A DNA stretch of 55,613 bases from a virus. Lineage: Duplodnaviria > Heunggongvirae > Uroviricota > Caudoviricetes. The stretch is taken from IMG/VR virus record IMGVR_UViG_2744054912_000007, one strand, 5' to 3'. Positions 40,671 through 49,849 of the stretch are shown here, piece by piece. Below the pieces are notes generated by a model. That model was given only the letters and a program-made list of their open reading frames with translations, made no database searches and was not told the DNA's origin. How positions within the stretch are numbered: position 1 is the first letter of the stretch; every line of letters begins with the position of its first letter. The translations under genes were made by a program, and so were the position numbers.

Positions 40671-41548
40671 GCCATCTGAGCCATCTGCGAACGTTTCTTG
40701 AGGCCTATCGCTCTGGCTCCTTTTCAAAGGCGGCAGAACTACTGGGCATCACTCAGCCCGCGGCGTCACAGCATATCCAGTCTCTTGAGACTCTGGTTGG
40801 TAAGCGTCTGTTTATCAGGCAGGCCAGAGGCGTGACGGCAACCGAAGCTGCGGATGAGCTTGCCCGCTCAGTTTCACCCTTCATTGATGGTCTGGAAGAA
40901 AAGCTGTCCTCTTTCCGGTCAGGCTCTGTACGCGGGGGAACAATTAATCTGGCAGGACCGCCAGATTTTATTCATTCCCGGCTTGGGACAGTAATGGCTC
41001 CACTAATGAAGGAGGGGTATCGCCTACGCTTTCATACCGGCAATAAGCAACGTATTTATTCCCTTTTGCATGACGGGAGCGCCGATCTCGCTGTTACCGC
41101 ATCTATGCCTGATGACCGTCTGTACGGCTATGCACATCTACTGACTGAACGCATGCTCCTTGTTCATGCTCCCGCCATGTCAGAGATCATCGGATCAGAA
41201 CCTGGTGCTGAAACGCTTGCCTCATTACCGCTGATTGCTTATGACGAAGAGTTGCCACTGATTAGAGCGCTCTGGGCCTCCATGTTTCAGAGAGCCCCTG
41301 AGATGCAGGCTACATTCACCATTCCGGATTTACGTATTATCCGCGACTTGGTCTGTGACGGCCACGGGTGGACAGTGCTGCCGGATTATCACTGTGACAA
41401 TGACCTGAAAAGTGGTCGCCTGATTTCAGTGACACCTGCAGACCTCGCTCCGACTAATCATCTTTATCTGGTCTGGAACAAAAGGACGGCTAATAACAGC
41501 CGAACCGCCTATGTTCGGGATTACATTCTTAAAACGTTTCCGCGTTGA
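40667..41548 (+). CDS. LysR-family transcriptional regulator (293 aa)
   Basis: N-terminal HTH (LRTFLEAYRSGSFSKAAELLGITQPAASQHIQSLE) and a C-terminal substrate-binding domain; overlaps the ChaC stop by 4 nt. Confidence 0.85.
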   Translation: MSHLSHLRTFLEAYRSGSFSKAAELLGITQPAASQHIQSLETLVGKRLFIRQARGVTATEAADELARSVSPFIDGLEEKLSSFRSGSVRGGTINLAGPPDFIHSRLGTVMAPLMKEGYRLRFHTGNKQRIYSLLHDGSADLAVTASMPDDRLYGYAHLLTERMLLVHAPAMSEIIGSEPGAETLASLPLIAYDEELPLIRALWASMFQRAPEMQATFTIPDLRIIRDLVCDGHGWTVLPDYHCDNDLKSGRLISVTPADLAPTNHLYLVWNKRTANNSRTAYVRDYILKTFPR

Positions 41549-41678
41549 TGTTTGAAACGGATGATTGGCGATGCGTATCATAAGTTACGTATGTCCGCTT
41601 CTGGCACAAAGCAGACGCCCACTCTCACGCGAATGCTTTGCCCTTGACTTGCCAACAACCGTATCGCTTGCTCCGCAA

Positions 41679-42971
41679 CTATGGTTTTTTATTAGAATCT
41701 TCGCCACTAAATAAATTATAATAAATTGATTTTATTAGATATCTGTCAGAATCTATATGGTCAGCACGAGTAGCATGCTCTAATGTTTCAAATGCTAGGG
41801 TTTGTGCGGCTTCAGCAAAAATTCCAGGCCAACCCTTACTCAGCATCGACAGTCCTTTAAGTACCCTTATCTGAATTTCCCTCATACTGGCACCATCGCG
41901 CGCAACAGGTGAGAAAAAGTCTTCAAGTAGATCGTTATTCTGAAGTGGTGCAACATGTACAGAAGGATATTTCACTTCTATTTCATCAGATTTATTCTGC
42001 GCGTAAGCGGAAAGTATACGTACACCTCTGCCAATGACATCAATGGCGGTTCCAGGATCGTTCACTGCGGGGGAAAGGGCTCGGCAGGCTATTTCGGCCA
42101 TGACGCTAAGACAAAATCGGGGGTCCTGAGCAAATGAACGTACATCCGAGACAATAATCGTCTCAAGTAAATCGGTGCTGATTGATGACTCCTGGCCCTG
42201 ACTCAGGTACAAAACTGGCGTGGACGGATGTATGAAACTGCCCGGCTGCGCCACGAGGTATACATGACGGGGATCATTGGTCAGCAGCTTGCTGAGTTTC
42301 ACCATATCAACATATTCAACATAGCCAATCTTTTTCGGATAAACTGCAACCGTTCCTTTCGGCTGTTCATTGTTCTCAAGCCATGGATATCCGCCGAGAC
42401 AGGGATTTCTTGCTCTCGCAATAAATGTTTCGATGGCCGCCTGTTCTACTTTTGCCGTTGTCTCACCAACCCTCCCCAGAGAGGTCAAATGCTGTATCCA
42501 GCGAAGCAATGTGATGAGGATTAAGGCAATGACAACCAGTGTTACAATGAATAAAATGACTCTCCCCCTTTCTCCATAAGCTCCCATATTGAGGGCAATA
42601 ATCCCTACCAGACTGAAGAGAAAAGAACCGATGAAGGTGGCCAGTACATTTTGTGTGGTGACGTCTTCAACAACTAAACGAGTAGCTCTGGGAGTCACAT
42701 TAGTAGTGGCTGAACCGTAGGCTGTGACCATGATGCTCAGCGAAAATGTGGTCACTGCCAGCATACTCGATGCCAGTATGTTCAGAATGTTATCGACTGC
42801 TTCCGCACCAACCTTCACGGAAACCGACTCAGGTATCATTGATTTAAAAAGAATTGATAAAAGGGCCGTTATTATTGCGACAATTGCGAATAACGTTGCC
42901 CTGAACCATAGTTTTTTAAATGTCTGCTTCAGCATCCATTTCCAGCGTGAAATCATTCTGCATTCCCTCAT
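41679..42971 (-). CDS. DUF2254-like membrane protein (430 aa)
   Basis: N-terminal multi-TM region and a soluble C-terminal domain; downstream of, and apparently co-transcribed with, the BCCT gene. Confidence 0.55.
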   Translation of the reverse strand: MRECRMISRWKWMLKQTFKKLWFRATLFAIVAIITALLSILFKSMIPESVSVKVGAEAVDNILNILASSMLAVTTFSLSIMVTAYGSATTNVTPRATRLVVEDVTTQNVLATFIGSFLFSLVGIIALNMGAYGERGRVILFIVTLVVIALILITLLRWIQHLTSLGRVGETTAKVEQAAIETFIARARNPCLGGYPWLENNEQPKGTVAVYPKKIGYVEYVDMVKLSKLLTNDPRHVYLVAQPGSFIHPSTPVLYLSQGQESSISTDLLETIIVSDVRSFAQDPRFCLSVMAEIACRALSPAVNDPGTAIDVIGRGVRILSAYAQNKSDEIEVKYPSVHVAPLQNNDLLEDFFSPVARDGASMREIQIRVLKGLSMLSKGWPGIFAEAAQTLAFETLEHATRADHIDSDRYLIKSIYYNLFSGEDSNKKP

Positions 42972-43019
42972 ATTGCAGCCGGGATAAATAAATGCCGCCT
43001 CTGTGGCGGCATGTTGCTG

Positions 43020-45023
43020 TTAACGAACCAGATGCAGGAAGTGCAGGTGTTTTTCGTACTGGTCCAGTATGTCATTAATCAGCTGTTCCTGATTCCAGCC
43101 CATTACATCATAATTTTGGCCGCCCTCTTTGAGATAGACTTCAGCGCGATAATATCGATGTTGTTCACTCTGCTGCTCATCATTATCCAGCGCAGCGAGC
43201 GCGAAGGTCGGTGAGTTATACCCGCGAAGCCTCACTTCATATATATAATTCAGCTCGTTGCCCAAATCGACTTCAAGGCGAATACGATCCTCGGCGGCGT
43301 CACTGATGTGGCTTATCGTTCCCTGCTTGTTAAGTTCCTCCTGAACCAGCGTCATGGCGGGTTGGATAATGTCGTCCATAAAACGTTTCACAAGAGAGCG
43401 CTTCGGCAAATACGCGATATTGCGTAACCTTCTCTGCCAGGGAATTGGGTTACGTGCAGCCGTAGGAGCAATAGTCGCCATGCTAAGGCTTTCACGCTTG
43501 GTCAAATCCCGACGCAGGGCTTTTAACAGTCCGTATATGGATATTAATAAGATAACTGAGAAGGGCAATGCACTCGCTATCGTTACGGTTTGCAACGCAC
43601 TCAGCCCCCCTGCGATCAGCAGGGCAATAGCAACAACGCCCATGAGCGATGCCCAGAAAATTCGCTGCCAGACGGGCGTGTTTGCCACCCCACCTGATGC
43701 CAGAGTATCCACAACCATTGCCCCCGAATCAGCAGACGTTACAAAGAAGACGATGACCATCGCCATTGCAATGAATGACAGCACGGAAGAGAACGGGAAA
43801 TGCTCCAGGAAATTAAACAGGGCAAGCGCAACATCCTGCTGAACGGTATTGGCGAGGTCAGTGGCGCCCTGGTTCATGATGAGATAGATGGCGCTGTTTC
43901 CAAACACCGTCATCCACATGAGCGTAAAGCCGGCGGGAACAAACAACACGCCAGTCACGAACTCACGAATTGTCCTGCCGCGGGAAACGCGTGCAATGAA
44001 CATACCTACAAACGGCGACCATGAAAGCCACCATCCCCAGTATAATAATGTCCAGCCCCCCAGCCAGTTGCTCGACTTGGGTTCATACGCGTAAAGGTTG
44101 AACGTTTTACTCACCAGTTCCGACAGATAACCACCCGTATTTTCCACAAATGACTTCAGCAGAAGCACAGTGGGACCCAGGCACAAGACCAGCGCCAGGA
44201 GCAACACCGCCAGGCCCAGATTAAGCTCAGACAGGATGCGTATTCCCTTGTCCAGGCCGGACACCACCGAAATCGTCGCTAACCCCGTGATGACCACGAT
44301 CAAAATGACCTGTACCGTTTCATTGATGGGCACGCCGAAAAGATGGTTCAAACCGGCATTCACCTGCAATACACCGTAACCCAGCGATGTTGCAACGCCA
44401 AAGACAGTGCCTATCACGGCGAAGATATCAACCGCGTGGCCTATAGGCCCGTAAATGCGATCGCCGATAATGGGATAGAGCGCAGAACGCAGCGTTAAAG
44501 GCAGACCGTGACGGTAACTGAAAAAGGCCAGAATCAGCGCCACGATGGCATAAATTGCCCATGCGTGCAGACCCCAGTGGAAGAACGTCAGGCGCATGGC
44601 TTCCTTCGCTGCCGCAACGGTCTCTGGAGTGCCGACAGGTGGCGAAAGATAATGCATCACAGGTTCGGCAACGCCAAAGAACATCAGGCCGATCCCCATC
44701 CCTGCCGAAAAAAGCATCGCGAACCAGGAGTGGTAGCTGAAATCAGGCTGCGCATGGTCTGGGCCCAGCTTTATATCACCGTAACGTGAGAGTCCAAGGA
44801 ACGTGACGCTCAGTAAAATCAGGGCCACAGCAAGTATGTAGAACCAGCTGGCATTCGTGAAGATTTGTTGCTGAAGTAGTTTAAAATTTTTGTCGGCGAC
44901 ATCCGGGAATACGGCGGCAAAGGCGACAAGAAGGAAAATTAGCAAAGCAGATGTAAAGAATACCGCTTTGTTAATCTGGCTTGTAGACTTCTTTGGGGTT
45001 GTATCATTTTCACTCATAATCAT
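43020..45023 (-). CDS. BCCT-family (betaine/choline/carnitine) transporter, BetT-like (667 aa)
   Basis: 12-TM core with a Trp-rich BCCT signature region (WTLLYWGWWLSWSPFVGMFIARVSRGRTIREF) and a long cytoplasmic C-terminal tail as in BetT. Confidence 0.8.
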   Translation of the reverse strand: MIMSENDTTPKKSTSQINKAVFFTSALLIFLLVAFAAVFPDVADKNFKLLQQQIFTNASWFYILAVALILLSVTFLGLSRYGDIKLGPDHAQPDFSYHSWFAMLFSAGMGIGLMFFGVAEPVMHYLSPPVGTPETVAAAKEAMRLTFFHWGLHAWAIYAIVALILAFFSYRHGLPLTLRSALYPIIGDRIYGPIGHAVDIFAVIGTVFGVATSLGYGVLQVNAGLNHLFGVPINETVQVILIVVITGLATISVVSGLDKGIRILSELNLGLAVLLLALVLCLGPTVLLLKSFVENTGGYLSELVSKTFNLYAYEPKSSNWLGGWTLLYWGWWLSWSPFVGMFIARVSRGRTIREFVTGVLFVPAGFTLMWMTVFGNSAIYLIMNQGATDLANTVQQDVALALFNFLEHFPFSSVLSFIAMAMVIVFFVTSADSGAMVVDTLASGGVANTPVWQRIFWASLMGVVAIALLIAGGLSALQTVTIASALPFSVILLISIYGLLKALRRDLTKRESLSMATIAPTAARNPIPWQRRLRNIAYLPKRSLVKRFMDDIIQPAMTLVQEELNKQGTISHISDAAEDRIRLEVDLGNELNYIYEVRLRGYNSPTFALAALDNDEQQSEQHRYYRAEVYLKEGGQNYDVMGWNQEQLINDILDQYEKHLHFLHLVR

Positions 45024-45357
45024 TTATTCCATTAATTAAATCCGCACTGGATAGAAGGTACTACCTCTCACAGAGTAGCAAAGTTCAACTGGCTATGCGG
45101 GGTTAATCGGAATGCATGGTGGAATGAGTGCCGATACAAATCATCCTATATTCTAAGGAGTTTTAAGTTACTCAGCCTGCCAATTACTGGGGCATTTAAT
45201 TTGTATGATCTGTATCAAAGCTGGGATATAAGTTAAGTGAAGTATATTAGGCACGAATTACCAGCGTCTGCTCTTGGCACAAAGCGGACAACCACGCTAG
45301 CTCTACCCTGTGCCACAAAATGTCAATTTGCATCTGAACTAATGCACTTTAATCTCG

Positions 45358-45780
45358 TCACTTCAATAAATACCGAACATCCCCCTGATAAAACGACAAT
45401 ATGCGCTGCATAACTTCGCTCTTCCGGCACTCGCGACAGATTATGTTTAGGCGACTGTCGTAGCGACGTATTTCTCCGTCAGGTAATGACCAGATAAGGT
45501 CCGGATCAACCACAACCGGTTTCTTCAGCTTTGCCCTCGATAATTTTTTGCGGGCATTTTGCCAGTCTTTACGAGCCTGTTCAGACGGGAATAACCCGTA
45601 GCCAGAATTGTATACATCGCCACTGGCAACCAGCTCTCTGGCCAGAACGCTCATCAGATATCTTGTTGCCCCAGTTTTAGCTTCCAGTTGTCGTAACGTC
45701 TCGCGCCCACTCTGGCGTACGAGTTCAAGAACCTGCCCTTTAATTTTTTCCCGCTCTTCTTGTGTAAAAACTTTTGCCAC
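45358..45780 (-). CDS. Hypothetical protein, possible winged-helix DNA-binding (140 aa)
   Basis: ORF downstream of the O-like gene in the early-right operon; no Walker motif, so it is not a DnaC/P-type helicase loader. Confidence 0.4.
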   Translation of the reverse strand: MAKVFTQEEREKIKGQVLELVRQSGRETLRQLEAKTGATRYLMSVLARELVASGDVYNSGYGLFPSEQARKDWQNARKKLSRAKLKKPVVVDPDLIWSLPDGEIRRYDSRLNIICRECRKSEVMQRILSFYQGDVRYLLK

Positions 45781-45820
45781 AAGCCCTCCTGAAAATTACC
45801 TCATGACCAGAAATTAACAC

Positions 45821-46627
45821 TTACCCCCTGAAGCCCGGCGGAATTTCGTTATCCGGTTCAGAAATATGATTCACACAACGCTGGTTGTTCGTGCCGCTTA
45901 CCGGGAGCAACCAGGGGTTCTCAAAATTCCGGTCCGGTCCAAAAAACGTCGTCGCTCGCTGAACAAATTCCGTTCCCGTTTTCCCGGTAGCCGCCAAGTA
46001 TCTTGCGTAACGCCTCACGCCATCCAGCATGGCCTCTGGTGGCACCCCCTCGCGTAATCTGGCCTTCCAGGCACTGAAAGCGGATTTCTTCGGGTTTGCC
46101 CCAGCACGCAACGGGTACTCCCGCCAGACCTGTTCGAACACATCCGGATAATCCACTCGTCCCACAGACTGCCCGGTGTTTTCCGGGACTACCCGATCGG
46201 TTTCCCGCTGAATGGCGGAATCGGCTTCAGGCTGCTGCAGTTGGTGTGATTGCTCCGCCCTTGCGGTCATCACCTGCTGCACAGCGCCCGAATCGGCTTT
46301 CAGCGCATACGCTGAATCGGCTTCCGGTGTCGTGCCTGCTGGCTGACCAAGATTGACGGTCTGAACATCCCCTGCCTGGTTCGTGGCGTTTTTTACGCCA
46401 TGGACCATAGTGTTTTGATCTTCTTGATCTGTATCTTTATCTGTATCTTTATCTGTCGTGACTCGTCGTGACATGTGCGTGACATTTCGTGACGCGCTCA
46501 CCAGGAGGTGGATATACACTGCCATCACTGTTGCAATTGGCTGTCCTGACACCCTGGCAATTGTTCGCCACTTAGGGTCATTTGGCATGTCATGCCATAA
46601 TCTGAGCCAGGCGTTAGCCATACTCAC
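45821..46627 (-). CDS. Replication initiator-like protein (YdaU/DUF1376-like, lambda O analogue)
   Basis: Position after the Cro-like and CII-like genes; contains internal iteron-like DNA repeats in its coding sequence as lambda O does. Confidence 0.55.
   Translation of the reverse strand: MSMANAWLRLWHDMPNDPKWRTIARVSGQPIATVMAVYIHLLVSASRNVTHMSRRVTTDKDTDKDTDQEDQNTMVHGVKNATNQAGDVQTVNLGQPAGTTPEADSAYALKADSGAVQQVMTARAEQSHQLQQPEADSAIQRETDRVVPENTGQSVGRVDYPDVFEQVWREYPLRAGANPKKSAFSAWKARLREGVPPEAMLDGVRRYARYLAATGKTGTEFVQRATTFFGPDRNFENPWLLPVSGTNNQRCVNHISEPDNEIPPGFRG
46420..46500 (-). repeat. Iteron-like tandem repeats (candidate replication origin) inside the O-like gene
   Basis: ATCTGTATCTTT twice, then four CGTGAC-ending units at 10-12 bp periodicity (ATCTGTCGTGAC, TCGTCGTGAC, ATGTGCGTGAC, ATTTCGTGAC). 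Confidence 0.5.
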
Positions 46628-46692
46628 CTCTTTTGATACCGAATCTTTTTACTCACAAATTGCCGGAAGTGATCCGGTATGAATATTGCGAG

Positions 46693-47118
46693 TCAATGCA
46701 CAGCCACAATATTTCCTGCAGGGCCACCACGATTCATCTGGTTGAAACCAGCGATCGCCACTGCGACAAAATCATCAGCGTCTCTCACCAGTCGTTCCCG
46801 CGTCTCCACTAGTTCCCGAAAATAGGCTGAGCTATGGCTGCGCATTCGGGCCACCAGCAGAGGTGGCATTGCTTTTTCGATAGCTGGTAACAACGCCTGA
46901 ATTTTTTCAACTGCATCAGGGGTGTCTTTCTCTACCCAGCGGAAAATTTTCTGGGTATTGCGAGCCAGGGCTTCCGGATGGCTGTCGTCATACAGTTCTG
47001 GGAACGTCATACCCAGTTCAAAATAAGCCCTGGTTATTTCAGCTGCCGGAACTTTTTCACCGTCCGGATGCGCCCAGGCATTCATCGCCATGCGGATGTG
47101 TTCATGCTTGATTTTCAT
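46693..47118 (-). CDS. YdaT-like protein (CII-like position), 141 aa
   Basis: Second gene of the early-right operon; overlaps the Cro-like gene stop; same order as Rac ydaS-ydaT. Confidence 0.5.
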   Translation of the reverse strand: MKIKHEHIRMAMNAWAHPDGEKVPAAEITRAYFELGMTFPELYDDSHPEALARNTQKIFRWVEKDTPDAVEKIQALLPAIEKAMPPLLVARMRSHSSAYFRELVETRERLVRDADDFVAVAIAGFNQMNRGGPAGNIVAVH

Positions 47119-47383
47119 GAATCAAGCTCCTAGAAAGTGGTTGTGTTAACATTTTGGTATCTTCCAGCTCGGGCCAAATATTCATCCAATCAAAAGGCCT
47201 TAGTTGCTGACGTGTAACTTCACCATTACTGGCTCGCTCAATAAGGACACATAACGATGCCCCTAACACTTGACCTTTACTCAATGCCTTTCTTAGATAA
47301 CCGATGCTGGTACCACACTCGCATGCAAACATACGCTGTTCATCTGACGAAAGAGAATTGAGAAATATTCTTAATTCTTCCAT
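47102..47383 (-). CDS. Cro-like HTH regulator (YdaS-like), 93 aa
   Basis: Divergent from the repressor gene across an operator-rich 100-bp region; contains an HTH-like segment (CGTSIGYLRKALSKGQ). Confidence 0.6.
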   Translation of the reverse strand: MEELRIFLNSLSSDEQRMFACECGTSIGYLRKALSKGQVLGASLCVLIERASNGEVTRQQLRPFDWMNIWPELEDTKMLTQPLSRSLIHENQA

Positions 47384-47414
47384 AGCTACTCCTTAGTAAA
47401 CACAGCAAAGAATA

Positions 47415-47487
47415 CCCATAGGTAAACAAAAGTCAATACCCACAGGTTGTTTACCTTGCAGTAATCGCATCTATTATTTACCTATGG
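47415..47487. promoter_or_regulatory. Immunity-region operator repeats between the Cro-like and repressor genes
   Basis: Nested inverted repeats CCATAGGTAAACA ... TGTTTACC ... TTTACCTATGG; the last overlaps the repressor start codon. Confidence 0.55.
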
Positions 47488-47903
47488 ACAAATATGAATT
47501 TAGACGACAGCAACTCATCAAAATTCGTGATGAGAAATGCGATGGTAAAGCGGTTAACGTGGCCAGAAAGATCGGGCGCGAGCCTTCTTATGTATCAAGA
47601 ATGTTGTACCCAGAGGGGAAAAAGGGAAAAAAACGGATCGCTGATGATATGGTGGAGATTATCGAAGAGTCCTTTGGGTTACCCCGGGGATGGATGGATG
47701 GTATCGTTTCATCATCAACGAACACAGCCTCCAGTTATGAAACAAGGGTTCTAACGCCACGACAACGTATTTTTTTAGATCTCTTAGACGAACTGCCAGA
47801 AAGTGAAGCGGATAACTTATTAAAAACTCTTGAAGAGAAAAAACAGTATTACAATATGATCTACGAAGAAATCCGTAAAAAGAAAGCACAAAACGCATCA
47901 TAG
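47484..47903 (+). CDS. Prophage repressor (RacR-like position), 139 aa
   Basis: Divergently transcribed from the Cro-like gene; probable HTH (AVNVARKIGREPSYVSRMLY); no S24 peptidase domain recognisable. Confidence 0.6.
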   Translation: MDKYEFRRQQLIKIRDEKCDGKAVNVARKIGREPSYVSRMLYPEGKKGKKRIADDMVEIIEESFGLPRGWMDGIVSSSTNTASSYETRVLTPRQRIFLDLLDELPESEADNLLKTLEEKKQYYNMIYEEIRKKKAQNAS

Positions 47904-47947
47904 CTCACCAAACAACTAGTCACCAGTTAAGACACCGCAAAAAGTTA

Positions 47948-47980
47948 CCCATGGGTATTTACTTTTTAAATACCTATGGG
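47948..47980. promoter_or_regulatory. Second operator-like palindrome downstream of the repressor gene (OL/PL-like)
   Basis: CCCATGGGTATTTACTTTTTAAATACCTATGGG, sharing the CCATAGGTA / TACCTATGG half-site with the repeats at 47415-47487. Confidence 0.5.
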
Positions 47981-48156
47981 TATCCTTCTTTTCATACCAA
48001 CCCACCCCGCCCCACAGAATGCAGGGCAATACTCGAGTTACCAGGCAGTGGTCAGGGGTTAAGTAGCCAGCCCGAGGCGTAAGAACATGACGGCGGGATT
48101 CAAATTTTGCAGTGCAGCAGTTAGTTCCGCCACCCGGCGTTAAGGGGAGAGATAAG

Positions 48157-48291
48157 ATGGTGCATTACGAAGTAGTTCAGTATTTGATGGATTGTTGCGG
48201 TATCACTTACAACCAGGCTGTGCAGGCTTTACGCAGCAACGACTGGGATCTCTGGCAGGCAGAAGTCGCTATACGTAGCAACAAGATGTGA
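48157..48291 (+). CDS. ydaG: YdaG-like small protein (44 aa)
   Basis: Hand-translated ORF (MVHYEVVQYLMDCCGITYNQAVQALRSNDWDLWQAEVAIRSNKM) with an AAGGGGAGAG SD; the length matches Rac YdaG. Confidence 0.55.
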   Translation: MVHYEVVQYLMDCCGITYNQAVQALRSNDWDLWQAEVAIRSNKM

Positions 48292-48301
48292 GATTCGCAA
48301 A

Positions 48302-48457
48302 ATGCAAAAAATCGACCTCGGCAACAACGAATCCCTGGTGTGCGGCGTGTTCCCCAACCAGGATGGAACGTTCACTGCCATGACGTATACCAAAAGCAAA
48401 ACATTTAAAACCGAAACTGGTGCGCGCCGATGGTTGGAGAAGCACACAGTAAGCTAA
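48302..48457 (+). CDS. ydaF: YdaF-like small protein (51 aa)
   Basis: Hand-translated ORF (MQKIDLGNNESLVCGVFPNQDGTFTAMTYTKSKTFKTETGARRWLEKHTVS); the length matches Rac YdaF. Confidence 0.55.
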   Translation: MQKIDLGNNESLVCGVFPNQDGTFTAMTYTKSKTFKTETGARRWLEKHTVS

Positions 48458-48942
48458 CGATTAAAACGTCTACTCCTGCTGTTCCAGAATAACTTCATAA
48501 AATGGGAGTATTTTTCGGTGACGAGATAATAAGAACAGTTTGCGCTATCACTCTGATGTTGAATGATGCCCTTCCGTTCTAATTTTTTCATAACCAGGTT
48601 ACGGCAAGGAGAAGTGATAATAAGATTTCCTGTTTTAAGGAAATCTTTAAATACAGCGATTTCTTTCTCAGATAAACGAAGCAATACTCGTTGCTCTGGT
48701 AGTAATGAATAATGCTTTTGAATATGTGCTCGCAATCTTGAGAAGGAAATGGCGACCACGAAAGAAAAGGCAAAAACGATAATCTGAAAGAGCCAAGGTA
48801 TTTCAGTATAAGCATTGAATGCGACAGTAAACTCTTTCGGTATCAGCCAGAGAGTGAGACCAAAAATGATAATCGTATACATAAGTCTTTCGAGTGGCTC
48901 GTTAGCAAAAAGTTTCAACAATGGAGTAAATACATCCAACAT
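48454..48942 (-). CDS. sieB: Superinfection exclusion protein B (SieB-like), 162 aa
   Basis: Two N-terminal TM helices and a soluble C-terminus; the position between the repressor and the kil region matches Rac/lambda sieB. The start is taken at the internal Met MLDVFTPLL...; the track ORF extends to 49065. Confidence 0.6.
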   Translation of the reverse strand: MLDVFTPLLKLFANEPLERLMYTIIIFGLTLWLIPKEFTVAFNAYTEIPWLFQIIVFAFSFVVAISFSRLRAHIQKHYSLLPEQRVLLRLSEKEIAVFKDFLKTGNLIITSPCRNLVMKKLERKGIIQHQSDSANCSYYLVTEKYSHFMKLFWNSRSRRFNR

Positions 48943-49383
48943 ATCAATAACTCTCAACTGTAAGGGTATTGAAATGTTAACACAAGCTCTCGCTGTAGGG
49001 GTATAGCCGAGACCACCGAAGCCCGGAGGTGGTGAAATAAAACCGGGCACAACACGAAGGCGCATTTCCGATATCCATAAAGAGTCGGTCTTGTCTGTTA
49101 AATTTAAATGGTGGGAGTGCGCCTCCGGTTGTAAATAACGACATTGCTGTGTGTAGTCCTGGCGGCATCAGTTTTTTTCTTGAAGTTCGGCTGATGTCCG
49201 CCCTTTTTAAAGTGAATTTTGTGATGCGGTGAATGCGGCTAAGCGCACGTGGCACAGTTAAAAGTCATGTTAGTCCTTATTGGTTTGGGTGGGAAAGCCG
49301 ACTGTAATTGTTAACTGGTTGCAGTCACCTGGAGGCACCAGGCACCGCATCAACAAAGTTCATTTGTAAAAATGGAGATAATT

Positions 49384-49605
49384 ATGATTGCACATCACTT
49401 CGGAACTGATGAAATACCACGTCAGTGTGTGACTCCTGGCGATTATGTTCTTCATGAAGGCCGGACATATATTGCCTCGGCAAACAATATTAAAAAGCGA
49501 AAACTATATATTCGTAACCTGACCACAAAAACATGCATTACTGACCGCATGATTAAAGTCTTCCTCGGTCGTGATGGTTTACCTGTAAAGGCGGAGTCAT
49601 GGTGA
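49384..49605 (+). CDS. kilR: Kil protein (FtsZ-ring inhibitor KilR), 73 aa
   Basis: Sequence [29 protein letters not shown]... matches recalled Rac KilR; first gene of the early-left operon. Confidence 0.7.
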   Translation: MIAHHFGTDEIPRQCVTPGDYVLHEGRTYIASANNIKKRKLYIRNLTTKTCITDRMIKVFLGRDGLPVKAESW

Positions 49606-49775
49606 TGACTAAGAAAATAAAATGTGCTTACCACCTTTGCAAAAAAGACGTTGAAGAAAGCAAAGCTATTGAAAGAATGCTTCACTTCATGCACGGGATT
49701 TTATCAAAAGACGAACCGAGAAAATATTGCAGTGAAGCTTGTGCCGAAAAAGACCAGATGGCACATGAACTTTAA
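49605..49775 (+). CDS. ydaE: YdaE (small Cys-rich metal-binding protein), 56 aa
   Basis: Hand-translated [21 protein letters not shown]...KYCSEACAEKDQMAHEL, translationally coupled to kil (ATGA overlap). Confidence 0.7.
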   Translation: MTKKIKCAYHLCKKDVEESKAIERMLHFMHGILSKDEPRKYCSEACAEKDQMAHEL

Positions 49776-49849
49776 TTAATTGACTATTCGAAACTGAATT
49801 TATGCCAGAAATGGCAGGTATTCGCTCAACCTTAATTAAGGAGAAAAAC

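Noticed and set aside
41581-45325. Sigma-54 promoter at the TGGCAC motifs
   Set aside because: TGGCAC is present, but the required GC/TTGC element at the -12 spacing is absent (TGGCAC-AAAGC-GGAC), so it does not fit the -24/-12 consensus.
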